This document shows, in pieces, positions 51,801 through 64,000 of a stretch of 64,000 nucleotides of DNA (the first letter of the stretch is position 1; each line of letters starts with the position of its first letter). Source of the stretch: Sphagnum compactum (Eukaryota); NCBI GenBank assembly GCA_965153455.1, contig OZ234493.1:32168213-32232212 (forward strand). The letters run 5' to 3'. Made by a program: the position numbers and the translations under genes. The notes below the pieces were generated by a model that saw only the letters and a program-made list of their open reading frames with translations, had not been told where the DNA came from and ran no database searches.

Positions 51801-54800
51801 TTTCTTCACTTTTCCCACTTTTTTTCATGTCAAATGTAATAATTTGTTCCAAATCTTATATAGGCCTCTGAAGTATCTACTATTTTCACTTACTACAGTG
51901 AGAATAGTAAAATTTATCCAATGTGGGCCATGTTCTATCAATGGCTTAAAGTTCTCCGAAATTTGACTTTTTGAAATTTTTTACATTGCAATAGGACATT
52001 TGGTTATTGTCACATTCATGCATTTTATACACATTAACACATAAGGTGTTTGTGGTAAAAATCTTGGGCCAAAAAAATTTGTTTAAACATTCCTTATGAA
52101 TCGTTGAACCTTTTTTTTCTCATGAGACAAAGTCCTGCATTTTTGTCAAGGACTTGGTAGGAATTTTTAAACTTGTTCAATCTTGATATTCTACACATAG
52201 AATTGTACCTCTGTAATGTACCTATCTATGAATAAAATCAAACTTTCAATATGAATGTGTCATTAAGTTTCAAAATGTTTAAGTGAAGGGGTCCAATGAA
52301 TATAAAATGAAACAATCTTTTTGGATACCCCAACCATGCTTTGACCCATATGTGATCTTGGATTGACGATCTCCTTTTGAGCTACTTGTTATGTGCATTT
52401 GCAAGAGATGAATGCCAACATTTCCTTGTGTTCTTAGTTGCCATGATGTTGAGGAATCGAAAATTCTTTGCCACTTTGCCTAAATCTTATGTTGTTGCAA
52501 CCTCTTTCTAGATTGCCCATCATCCTACTTACAACCACTTGTGCTTGCAAACTTCCTTATGATTCTATTGGGCTTCTTCAACTTGTCATCATCCTACTTG
52601 TTGTTTGTGCACATGATTTTACTGGACTACTTGCATGTGAATGTGCACCTACTTGTGAATGAATATGCAAACTTTGAAAAACCATTGCTGAGTTTTATGA
52701 ATCCATTAATGTACAACCCCTTTGCGATGAAGCTTGAAAATAAAGGTAAAACCCAAGAATTATTGATTTACCACTTTTCTTTTCAAATTGCTAATTTAAC
52801 ATTGTTGCTAGTTGTTTGAAAGAGCAGGAATGTATATTTTTGGGTTGATTCTATCATTGTGTCTTGCTCATAACATTTTGCTATCAATTAGTGATAGACC
52901 TTGTGTTAGTCCACCATGTTAGCAAAACATGTCATCTATCTATTGACAATGACGACCATATGAAGTTTCGCTAACTCAAATTTAATGAAGTTCATAATTC
53001 AATGTGTGAACGTAACAAAAGTATACCATACTTGACATTGATGATGATCAATACTAGCTTTTGCTGAATTATTTCATTAGGTTCATAAAAAGGTCTAAGG
53101 TAGAATAACCCATCATCAAACACATACCTATCATCAAACAATTTCCAATTTTTTTTTCATTTCTTAATCAAATTGAGTGATTTTTGTGTCATTGGATACA
53201 TAAATTGAATGGCTAGAAGTGTTGTTTAAATGTCAAAGTAAAGGAGCAATGCAAAAAACATAGGAAAAGGACAAGTGATAATTTGTTTCATGTTTTTCTA
53301 AAAAATAGCTCTAAACCCCTCTCTAGTTCTAGCCCCATACCTTCTTGATTTTTTATCTAACATTTGAGTGATTTAAAACTTGATGGGTGCACCAACTAGA
53401 ATTTAACTTTGTATTCCCACAAGCAAATATGCATCAATCAAAGATTTTAAACTCAAAATCCTAATTTGTTTTAATTCATCCATCATTAAACATTGAACTC
53501 CCTTACACCAAACACCCCATATCTTTTCCGTTCCTTTATCAATTTACACAATTTTTGTGGTGTTGGAAACGCTAAGTGGAAGGTTACAAATGTTCTTTAA
53601 GCTTTAAAAGTAGAGAAACAATGTGTGGGGATTCGACCTCCTTTGAATTCTGTAGTGTTCACTCACTAGCCTATCTACCTTAGTAGACCCAATCGAATAA
53701 ATTTCATCATTTTGACAAGTCTAAATGGTACGCGAGTTCTATTACATTATTTGTACATGTAGTAATAACCTAACATAACCTAAAATAATGGATTTTGTAA
53801 TTTCCCATTGTACCAAGGTCTACGTTGATCATTACGTTGGGTAATGTCTTGTTGTTAGGTCGTTACCCTACATTAAACACACTCACACAAGATGGGCCCA
53901 TACAATGGGGCTTCACATAAAAACTTGACCTAATCTTACTTTTGCATCTATATATACATTATGAAGCATAATCTTCCTCCAAGCCTTGGACACACCATAC
54001 AAACTATATGAGGTGCCTCCGGATTTGTATTTCAAATTACTTTAATTGCTTATGTTGAGGAAAGGGCAAGTCACATCCACGGTTATGCAGTTCTTCGGTA
54101 TGTCAATTTTGATGTCAAATTCCGTCAAAATATATACATTTTCAATAGCAGAAATTTCTCATCCAAGGGGACTTTACTTCTTGACTTATCACCTGTCCTT
54201 ACCGATGTCTATAATTTAACATAATGGTCAGTTGTCCATTTTAAAATAGACATTACGGTTCAAAATTGTTTACCATAATTTAATGGTCTCACTACTACCA
54301 ATTCCGTTGGGTTTGGTGGCATATTGTATTAGAATAGGCAGTACCTCGACGATTAATCTAATATATAAACTCCACACAATTTTTTGGGGGTATAAATAGT
54401 GTTTTTTCAGCAAAATTTTGCCACTTTCATATAGATTCAAAAGAAAAACATTATTGGTGATCAATTCTAACATTTGGCTTATGCATTTTCATGAATACAA
54501 AATACTTAACCAATTAGACTTGTCCCATGATTAAACTTTAGAGTCAATAAACTTTTTGCCCATTAATTCATAACATGATGACTAAGGATCATTATTCAAC
54601 CATTATGATGGTGCCATGTTCAATGGACAATTCTATGTAAGTTCAAGATTGAAGCAATTTTAATTTTTTTTTAATGATCAGTTACAAAATGTCAAGCAAC
54701 TCATGGAGGACTTTGTTATTCATTAGTTATTGTTGCAATCCAAGGGGGTTTTGTTTTCTTTTTTTTTTGGTTATATAAAATAGAAAAACAATTAGTCAAA

Positions 54801-55214
54801 TTTGCACTAATTTTTTTTTCCAAAATTTTTCTTAATTTTTTTGGTCAAAGAAATGACAACTTTTTTCTCAAGGAAAAAGAATAAATTGTTAATACAATCT
54901 AGATGAATGTTTACATGTGGACTAGATCATGGTCTAGTATATTGACACTCGTATTGTGTTTTCTTAGTTCTACCAACCAGTTTAATCCCTTTGCAAGCTT
55001 CTAATGTTGATGAAGTTACATTTTGGTTTGAATAATATTGGGCTTAAAAATTAGGCATAACATATGTTCATACATTTTCATCCACAATAAATTGTTAGAA
55101 CGGTCTTTTGAGAACATGAGCCGTATGAAAGGTTTCCTAAAAGTTCCAACAAAAATTTGTTAGAAACATATGATTATTTGTAATCTGAACGACTACACTT
55201 ATTTTCACACATAA

Positions 55215-55410
55215 TGATAAGTTAGTGTTAAATGAAAATCTAGTTGGCATCCTAGGTGGCACACAATGTTAAATTGTCGATAACTTAATGTTAAGTGAAT
55301 GTTAGCTTGACATAAAATTTTCATGGTAACTAAGTTTAAGTCTTAAATGGCTAGCATGGTGTTAGCGGACTCAATTAATGGAGTCCCTAACACCAAGTGT
55401 GAACACACCT
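55215..55410. mobile_element. Second, inverted and partly degraded copy of the MITE at 63740-63949
   Basis: AGTGTTAAATGAAAATCTAGTTGGCATC...GAGTCCCTAACACCAAGTGTGAACACACCT aligns to the reverse complement of 63740-63930. Confidence 0.75.
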
Positions 55411-56611
55411 GTAGACCAATGTTTGACCCAAAGTTTCTTGAATCTTTAGTGTTTGACATAGGATCATGTAGTAAATTGATCATTGCATTTTGACAACATG
55501 ATTAACACATTTTGTTTTGCCCGTGATTGGTGTTTTTCTCTATTATTGGTTACGCTTACCGTTCCATGTTTTATTTTGTTATAATCTTCATGTCAATGAC
55601 ATGTTGCTAGATAGTAGTAGTGGTGTTATGTGTTCATAAGAAGTGACCTGAAAGGTTTTTCAAGTGGAAAGCTCGATATGAAAATTGGTGAGGAAACTCA
55701 CTCACCAAAGTGCACAAGATGCAGGAGTGTAAATAATAGAATCCTTATGTGTGTAGGGTAACACCCTCTAGGGGCGGGCTTACATGGTGTAAAAACCCCC
55801 ATTGGCGCATGCCTTCCCCAACATAAAGTTAATTATGGTTTGTGGATTTGCAGCATGCAAGGAGGAGGCAAAGTGTTTTAATTTGCAAAGTTGAGTTGAT
55901 CTTAAGACACAATCAATGAAGTAAATGCTAGGGAAAATTAATATATATACCTCACTCAAATGAAGGTTAAGAGTTGAGCTCTATACCCATCTTTATCCAA
56001 CAGAGCAAATGAGCAAATCAAGGAAGTCCAAGAAAAAATAAGTTGAGATTTGTTTTAGAACACAAAGACATCAAATTCCAAATGGCTTGAAAACAAACAC
56101 ATACAACAAAAATACTAAAAGACAAACAAGTGAAATGAACATATAAATGTCACTTTGACATATAAATGTCATTTTGACATTGGCATGGAATGAAGCAAAG
56201 CAAGCACCATGTGCGAACAAAAACCAACTAAAGAGAGTGAAATGCTACTTGTGTGTAAGGATTTGAAATTGGCGTGATAATAAGTTGGTCTTTTTAGAGC
56301 TAATAAGCCACTAATTTTTGTGAAGGAAAAATAGTACCCACAAAAGGTTGCAAAAATGTGTGGTGGTTAATCCATACACTAAAAGGTCTACTTACTATTA
56401 AGAAACCTCTAATTTATGACCCGTGATTGAGATTTGCCATAATAATCATGAACTTTGAGCACGTTGCAATGAAGTATATATGCATATACAAGATTGCAAA
56501 TAGAATACATATATTGTACAAAAACCTAACAAATAATGGGCTGTAATGGGAGTTTGAACTTAGAACACTTCTAAACTTATTTTGGTTTCATGAACCTCAA
56601 ATGTCCTTTTA

Positions 56612-59600
56612 TCATTGCACCCCGAATCCTCTGAAGGATGACGACCCAACTGGACGGCCAAATCTTCCACTAACCCCAGGAGGTTGCACAGGTACTGGTC
56701 CACCCTGGACATACAGTGAAAACCATGTTATCAAACTCCTTAATTCACAGATTGATTAGAGTTTTAGAAATTTGTAAAAAAATGGTATGAAATTGCAAAG
56801 CTTTTGAGAACTTAAAAGTCATGTGCTCCTATTATACGTGGATATAAACAAACAAACAAACTAGGAAAGGTTGACGAGCATTCAATGAAGCTCTCTATGC
56901 AACATGTGCATGATGAGTTGATCTCACTTGTAGTTAGGAGGGTGACCAAAAGAAGTAAAGAACAAAAAATGAGAACTTTTTTAGTTCAGGGGAAACTCAC
57001 ATGATAAGCACTTGATGTCTGTGTATGGAATGTGGGCGAAAAGTTTGGAGTATTTGTGGATGATGTATACGCACCAGGAAGATTCCTACTAGTTGTTTGA
57101 GCACCAAGGTTCTCCCGAGCAAATGGCTCCTGCACCTCTCATCAAAACCACAATATTATCCACTCAGTTTAACAAAACAATTTCAAGCTGCTAACTTCTA
57201 ACTAGTGTTGTGCCTTCGGATAGAATCAAGCAGAAAAAAAAACTTAAATTTAAAAGAGCACTTGTAACTTGTAATTAATGATAACAAGAATGATATAAAA
57301 ATTTTAACATCCACAAATTTCTCCCCAGAAAAAAAACCCGCAGCTTGGGATGAATTCTATTCGCTATCAAATACAATTTTGCATGCAAAAACAAGCATTG
57401 CCAATAGAGTACCACCCCCCACCCCCCCCCCTCCCAAAAAAAAAAGGTAGAACTTATTTTACTAACCTGGAAAATGCTACCAAGTTTCTTGAGAGCTTTT
57501 GCTCGTTGTTCTAGAACTTCTTTCCTCACACTTGTGTCATGTAATACCTGTGACAAAAGTCATAATAAAACTGTATAAACATACAACAAAACCCAATGAT
57601 GCATAACATGTGCATATGACATGCAAAAAAGGCCTAGAAAATTTCAGTATTGCAATAGCTTTCGATGTACTACTACTACTACTCTACTTATGGGTTAGAG
57701 ACTAAAAATCAATAACAACAAACTGGATTTTAAGTGAGAATACAACTACACACCGTTTGGCAGACATGCGAGATGGTGAGCTCGATATCAGCCACGTTGA
57801 GCTTCCACAAAGAATCCAGCAACATTTGTTGCTTGGACTCCATCAAGCTTTCAACATTCACTTCTCCCATCTCCCCACTTTGCAACTGGCGCTTGAGATC
57901 CTCCTGCATTTGCATCAACTGTATTGCACCTGCTCACACCAATGAACATTCATAAGCCCCTCCTCCTAATTTCCTGTTCTGCTGGGTGCCATTACCTACC
58001 CATGTTGGGTATATGGCTATTTGATTTTGTTAATAACCACTGGTTCCAGTTTTTCAAATAATCCAGAATTAGAGAACCGTTGGTTCCAGTTTTAGAAGAA
58101 AATCAGAATCAAAGAATCACCATATTTCGAGGGAAAAAACAAAAAAAAATCTGAAATAGGTTTGAGCATGTCACTAAAATATAGCAGGATTCTTAACTTT
58201 TTCTACTGTCCTCTCTGACCTATAGCCAAAAATACTCTTGTGGATGATCACCAAACCACCTAGCTCACAAAATTGACAAAAAGAAAGAAAAAAACCATGA
58301 TCTAGATCATATGCATTACCTGCAGCTGCAGTCACTTGGGATTTGATAAAATGACCTTTGTCACGCATCCATTCAGTGAAAAAAGGTACCCCAAGAAAAA
58401 TAGCTTTCTTCCCAAGTTCCTTTGCACCTTGTCTTTGATAGATGTAACCTATTGTTTGCAACATGGCTTGCCCAAACGCTGCATAACCAGGCCCCCACAT
58501 TCGCCCACCACAATTTGTCATATAACACCAAATCAAGAAAAAAAATCATTGCCCTACCACCAAATGACTAGACTCTTTGGTAAGGAAATGCTAATGAAAT
58601 CCAAAAACCCTAAAAAGTCTTGGCCATCCACTTTGTATGCCACACACTATATCCTCATGCTTAGACATTCCTCAAAATTTTTGAAATGTTAAAACCTCCC
58701 TCCTATACATAACACACATGCTTTTATTGGTTTGTATGTTGATCACCCAATTATTTCTGACCTCAAAAACCATGAGAGTGGTGCATGAAGTATTATATCT
58801 ACCAGCTTCTTTAAGTCGATTTCTTTCTTCCATGGCCCAATTTGTAAACCCTAGTTTGTCACCCCGAACATATGGCTCTATGCGCTCCAATAGACGAGTG
58901 ACCAGTGTCCTTTCCCTCTTAACTTGTATCTCCTGCTCACATCCACCAACCACTTCAGACTTCCCATATTTTATCACCACTTGGAAAGAACTCAAAAAAA
59001 ATCCTAGTATATTTCAAGGGCACCTTACATTCCTCCTAGAAAAGGGGAGCAATACTACCAATATAATACCAGGAAAAAAAATTCCTGGAAATTTTTTGCC
59101 ATTTTTGGACAAAGAAATTAGGAAATTTTTGTTTTTTCTAGTGTAGAATCGACTTAATTTTTCTAAGTTTTTTGGTTAAATTTGGTGACAATTTCAATAT
59201 CAAAAAAACAAAAAAAAAAAAACACTGCTTCCCCATGGAATTGGCTTCCTCAAACCACAAATTTCCAAAACCTCATAGAGTACCAATTCAACACACAATT
59301 GGTTATTCAATTTAGAGAGACTAACCTTGAACTTCCCTTGAAGTTGCATCAAATCAACAGGCTGACCTGGTGGTCCTGTATCCATTCCTGCCATCGATGC
59401 CATTGCAAGCTGCCACATTCACAACAAAAAAAAGTGCTTAATTTTAAAGTCTACGATTTGACAAACATAAATCAACCAGGCGGAAAGAAACTACAACCGT
59501 GTGTCTAAAGTCTAAACCAGTGTTGGGTGGGTATTAGAAATTGCACCAAATCCCCGCCAGTGATCAAGGTGGTTCTTAGGGTTACTAACTGTGGATCTTG

Positions 59601-61617
59601 AGAAAATCAAAGAACCAGTTTCCGATGTTTACCTATCCAGAGTTCTCAAATTTTTTGTGTGCAAATGTCAGATAACCATTCACAAAACTGCTGGTTGTTT
59701 GCCAGTTCTTTCATCAGAACCACCCATTCTTTGAGCTTCTAAAGTCTATCAGAACTGGTGATTCTCTGACTCAGAGATGTTTAAAAACCAGAACTGGCTG
59801 ATTGACGTTAACAAAAAATCAATTACCCGCCCAACACTTGTCTAAATATGGGGAAACTTAATCCTTTTGAAAATGTATGTACCTGACCAACATAGTCTTG
59901 AAATGCATCACTACCAAACAGCATGCCAAATACAGCAGCTGGATCTACCATTGTATCCCTGCACCATCCATCAAACAAGTAAGTATTCTTTTCCCTGGAA
60001 ATTTCAACAGTCCTCCACAACTGAAAAACCTGCTTATCAACTAAATTCATGCAGCTCAATGTTTAGGGCTACCATAAAAATTGAGAATCTGTATTCTTAC
60101 TCCATATAAGGACGTGATATATTTGGGTGCTTCTATACTAGTACAGAAGTCCAAATTTCCATCCAAAATAGAAGTTGACATTTCTCAAAGGAAAAGAAAA
60201 AAAAATAAAAATGCTAATTTCTACTACCAATATGAGATTTTTCGAAGTCATAGCTGAAGAAATAGTGGTAGGAGATGATGAAAACACATACTGAGATACT
60301 CCCTGTTTCCCGAGCCTATCATAGGCATCCCTTTGCTGTGGGTCGCTGAGAACTTGATAAGCCTCCCCCAACACCTGCACCATGAGTCACATGACATTTT
60401 TTCCTGAATGCCAAAGTTGGGTGTAGTGTGTGATTTCAGAAAAGCAATTCCTTGAAATCTGTTGATTTTGGCACTTTTTTTTCACAAAATTCCTTTGCAT
60501 AAGTCACAGTGGAGTGTTTTTTTGTCAGCAAGTGACAAAAATTTGCCCCCCATTTCCCTGGGGAAAAAAAAACCCCTGGTTCCGAAACCTCACAAATGAA
60601 ACCCATTTGATGGTTTGAACCCACTTGAAGTTGTTCAGCTCACTCTATGTTACAATTTAAACTTGCAGGAAGTTAAGATTGGGATTCATTCATGAGAGAT
60701 TTAGGGCAAAGAAGGGGGAAAATCACACCTGAAAATTGTGTGCTGCTTCTGGATCATCGGGATTTTTGTCTGGGTGAACTAACCTTGCCTGTTTTTTTTT
60801 CACATTCCAAAGAACAAAAACATGTCAAGTGAATGTGAAGTTGGGTTTTATGATGGGTGATATTATGTGTTCTAATATTCTCCAAATCATCCATCCAACG
60901 ATCCATTTGTTGTCCAACGATCCATTTGTTTTCTAAAAGACTAGGACTCATATTCTCAAAGTGAATCTGTATTTGGAATGCGGTCCTTATTATTAAGCTC
61001 TTGGATTCACCAAATCCAAGCTGTTTTTTACACAAATCTTGACACTCTGAAGATTGGAATTTCCTTTCATTTAGTTGGAAAAAAAGTACTCGAATTTTAT
61101 CCCTGTTTTCCCCCCCCCCAAGACTTGATACCCAAGAACATGAGGTGAGAGATGAATTTTAGCAAATTTAGGGAGTTTTAGCAAAATCTATGCAAACCCA
61201 ACACAAGTCTAGCTTAAAGATTTGAAACTTGGTGGCCTACAAATTCAAAGACTTTGATCTCAAATTGTAAGCAGACAAAAACTCAAAAATGGCTACAAAT
61301 TTTATCTGTGCTTTTTTTCTGCTTCTCAAAAGAAAACAACCCCAAAATCAAACACTATTCAAAACACTTGAAACTCAAACTTGATCTCTGTTTTTCACTT
61401 CTGACAAAAACCAAACACACAAAAACCAAAACATTCAAACCACTCTGAAGAATGGGTGTTTGGAAAACAAAGCTCTGAGAGAGAGAAAGAGAGAGAGACA
61501 CAGAGAGAGATGTCGGTGTTGATGTACCACCTTAACATAGTAAGCTTTCTTAATCTCAGCAGCTGTTGCACCAGGCGCTACACCCAACACTTGATAGTAT
61601 TCCTGATCCCTCACCAT
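56612..61617 (-). CDS. Chaperone DnaJ 10-like protein (J domain + DnaJ-X domain), 11 exons: 61617-61531, 60788-60729, 60374-60292, 59958-59883, 59409-59326, 58932-58803, 58478-58320, 57929-57754, 57547-57467, 57135(or 57129)-57001, 56704-56612
   Basis: [53 protein letters not shown] (HPD motif), [74 protein letters not shown]. Introns are GT..AG with consistent phases. The last two exons are less certain. Confidence 0.92.
59518..59839. mobile_element. hAT-like MITE in DnaJ intron 4
   Basis: TIRs CAGTGTTGGGTGGGTA / TACCCGCCCAACACTT, with an 8-bp TSD GTCTAAAC (59510-59517) / GTCTAAAT (59840-59847). Confidence 0.82.
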
Positions 61618-62396
61618 TTTCGCCTTCCCCTTCGCCTTCGCCTTCCTGCGGTTTCAGAATTTGGTTTCCACACCAAATCTCGATGATTAGGTATCTGATT
61701 GCTCCAGAGTTGTTCCACCGCATTTACTCCCAACCCTAACTCCGCTGCAAACTCATGTGCAATGCAAAAACACCCGCAGTGGAGCTAGAATCTTGATCTT
61801 GAAATCTCTTTGTCGAAAATTCCTCCGCGTCTTAGACGGTGGTATATTTTTTTGTTTGCTTGCTTGCTTGCTTGCTTGCTGCGAAAGTTCTAATTGTCGG
61901 TTGTTCACTGCAACAGATCAGATCGCAGTGTTACCAAGCCAAAACGCCAGATCACAGATATGTGTTTTCACTCCTTGAAACCGCCACATGGCACTTCGCC
62001 AGTCTAAGCGGTCGGTGACGTTGCAGAGAGAAAAAGACGAAAAACAGGATGAGCAGCGACCTGGAAAAGAAGAGCACTGGCTTCGCAGAGTACCAACTCC
62101 ACCCATGATGCCACAATATGCATGCGGCCATACAATAGTATTATTTTTCACATTCCAGATTTAGGGTTTAGTAATGATTTTTTTTTTCCCCAGCTCACCC
62201 ATCAAACTAAAATTGGGATTGCAAATAGGTAGGAAACTGAAATTGGGATTGCAAATAGGTAGGAGGCTTAGGTACCTACTAGGTAATAGCAACCCATCTC
62301 GTCCAATCAAATCAGCGAGCCAATCAACAGCACGTGTTAGGCTTTGCTACTGTGCATTTTGCCAGCCTCGGCAAAGCATCTTGTGCGAATAAAAAA

Positions 62397-62537
62397 ATGC
62401 TGAGCCAAAACCATTTTGCTGAGCCAAACCAGCATGTTAACTGTTTGTTTTGCTGAGCCAAAACCCGCATGTTAACTATTTTGCTGAGCCAAACAAACCA
62501 GCTTGTTAACTATTTTGCTGAGCCAAACCAGCATGTT
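62397..62537. repeat. Short tandem repeat (~19-37-bp units, 5 copies)
   Basis: TGCTGAGCCAAA occurs five times, mostly followed by CCAGCATGTTAACT. A separate 27-bp duplication lies at 62205-62262. Confidence 0.85.
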
Positions 62538-63401
62538 TTGACTTACTTTCTTCATCCCAAGATTATTTGTTGTTCAGTGCTCTAACTCCATAATCAAAAT
62601 TCCCCTGAATGCCATTTCTCAATGTTACAAATTACAATGCCCTTTACCCTAAGGTCAGTTTCGTCATTCAATAATCCTCAAAATAGTGAAACTAATTTTT
62701 TGTGGAAAATATGAAGTTGACATGTTAAAAATCATGATATTTATGATTAGGTTACACCCTGAATAATAATTTCATTATTCATATGACAATATCATAGTAG
62801 ATCATGGAAAAAATAATAATTTCACAATTAAAAAACTAATCACAGTGGTTAGCTATGTACTAACCATCCAAATGTATCTCTCTACCTACATAGTAGTAGC
62901 CACCAAGTGCCTAGTAACCCATTTACCTACATACATAGTGACAACTTACATTCCTACCTACTAACCTACAAGTGGATCCTACGTACCTAGGATAAGTATC
63001 CTCTTACATGTATGGTAGTTTGCCAGTATGTAGTGTGAGGGGGAAGTAGGAGGGTTTACATGATAGGTAACTAAACTCAGTTGTGAATGAATGAATGAAT
63101 CACAACAGATTCATAACAGATTTCCAATGGATGGGACACTAGTGCTTGCTGGTGGATCACATAATCATCCCATTTCCAGGACCATTTCCTATTTGAACTT
63201 TTTGCTTTGTTAGGAAGGAATGGTGAGTTCTCTCTTTGAAGCCCTGAGCAAGCTCATGCAAAATCAAGTCATGTTCACATGCACCAAAATGCCATGTGCT
63301 TTGGGCAGACATTTACAAGAAGACTAGCCTAGTTGCTCCTTCCTACTCCTTTTGGCAGTTTTAGAAACAAACAGTCTGAAAATGGCAGGTCAGGTAATTT
63401 C

Positions 63402-63957
63402 CAGTGTTGAACTGGTATATATATACATAGGGTCAGAGACGGGTATCAATACTGGTATCAAGTGCCCCCAACTGTGTGGTATCACCTAAGTCTGGTACCA
63501 GTTTAATACCAGTACCAGCTGGTAGGGAATTGATGTAAATATCCATCTACATACCCGGAATATACCTGCCATATATCAGCCCAAAATCGGTATTGAACCT
63601 AATACCAGTACCCGGTGGGTATCAAACTCTTTTTAAACAGCCGATACCAGCACCAGACGGGTGTCAAAAAAACCTATCTAACTGTGCCAATACCGTTACC
63701 AGCACCAGCTGGTATCAAAAGAAGTTGATACCAGATCAAAGGTGCATTCACACTTGGTGTTGTTAAGGACTCTAGTATTGAGTGCCCTAACACCAAGCTA
63801 GTCGTTTAGGACCGAAACCTATTTATCATGAAGATTTCATGTTAAGTTAACATTCACTTGATATTAAACAATCACCCATTTAACATTGGTTGCCACCATA
63901 AGATGTCACCTAGATTTTCACTTAACATTAGGTGTGAATGAATGCACCTCAACACTG
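63402..63957. mobile_element. hAT-like MITE with TACCAG subterminal repeats; its right TIR is interrupted
   Basis: Left TIR CAGTGTTGAACTGGTAT; reconstructed right TIR ATACCAGATCAACACTG. 8-bp flanks GTAATTTC / ATCATTTC match at 6 of 8 positions. Confidence 0.78.
63740..63949. mobile_element. Tourist-like (PIF/Harbinger) MITE
   Basis: TIRs AGGTGCATTCA / TGAATGCACCT, with a 3-bp TSD CAA at 63737-63739 and 63950-63952. Confidence 0.82.
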
Positions 63958-64000
63958 ATCATTTCCAGCTGTGAAATGAACTTGTGTGCAGCATATTCAG

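Noticed and set aside
62397..62537. Short direct repeats with ~33-bp spacing, superficially CRISPR-like
   Set aside because: The intervening sequences are copies of each other rather than unique spacers, there are no cas genes, and the context is eukaryotic.

Overview
Eukaryotic land-plant nuclear DNA with GT-AG introns, microsatellites and many transposons. It looks bryophyte-like (peat moss is my guess, not demonstrated). Five host genes can be supported: nicastrin (-, 5 exons, 3314-7152), a TGA-type bZIP/DOG1 transcription factor (+, about 12913-15251), an intronless FAD4/TMEM189-type lipid desaturase (-, 17180-18349), a divergent F-box/Kelch-like gene (-, 41138-42796) and a DnaJ10-like J-domain/DnaJ-X gene (-, 11 exons, 56612-61617). 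Most of the remainder is layered transposon debris whose junctions can be read to the base. A Helitron is nested in the tail of an RTE LINE. A decayed Ty1/copia element directly abuts a decayed Ty3/gypsy element at a break inside the copia PBS. The gypsy element carries an extra unknown ORF upstream of gag and a long extension after integrase. Non-autonomous CACTA elements sit inside the gypsy integrase and inside a PIF/Harbinger relic. A Tourist-like MITE has inserted into the TIR of a hAT-like MITE. I see no CRISPR array, rRNA or tRNA. I found no clearly new biological system; the best leads are the extra gypsy ORFs, the copia-gypsy chimera and a splice-phase anomaly in the TGA gene. All calls were made by eye, with no database search.
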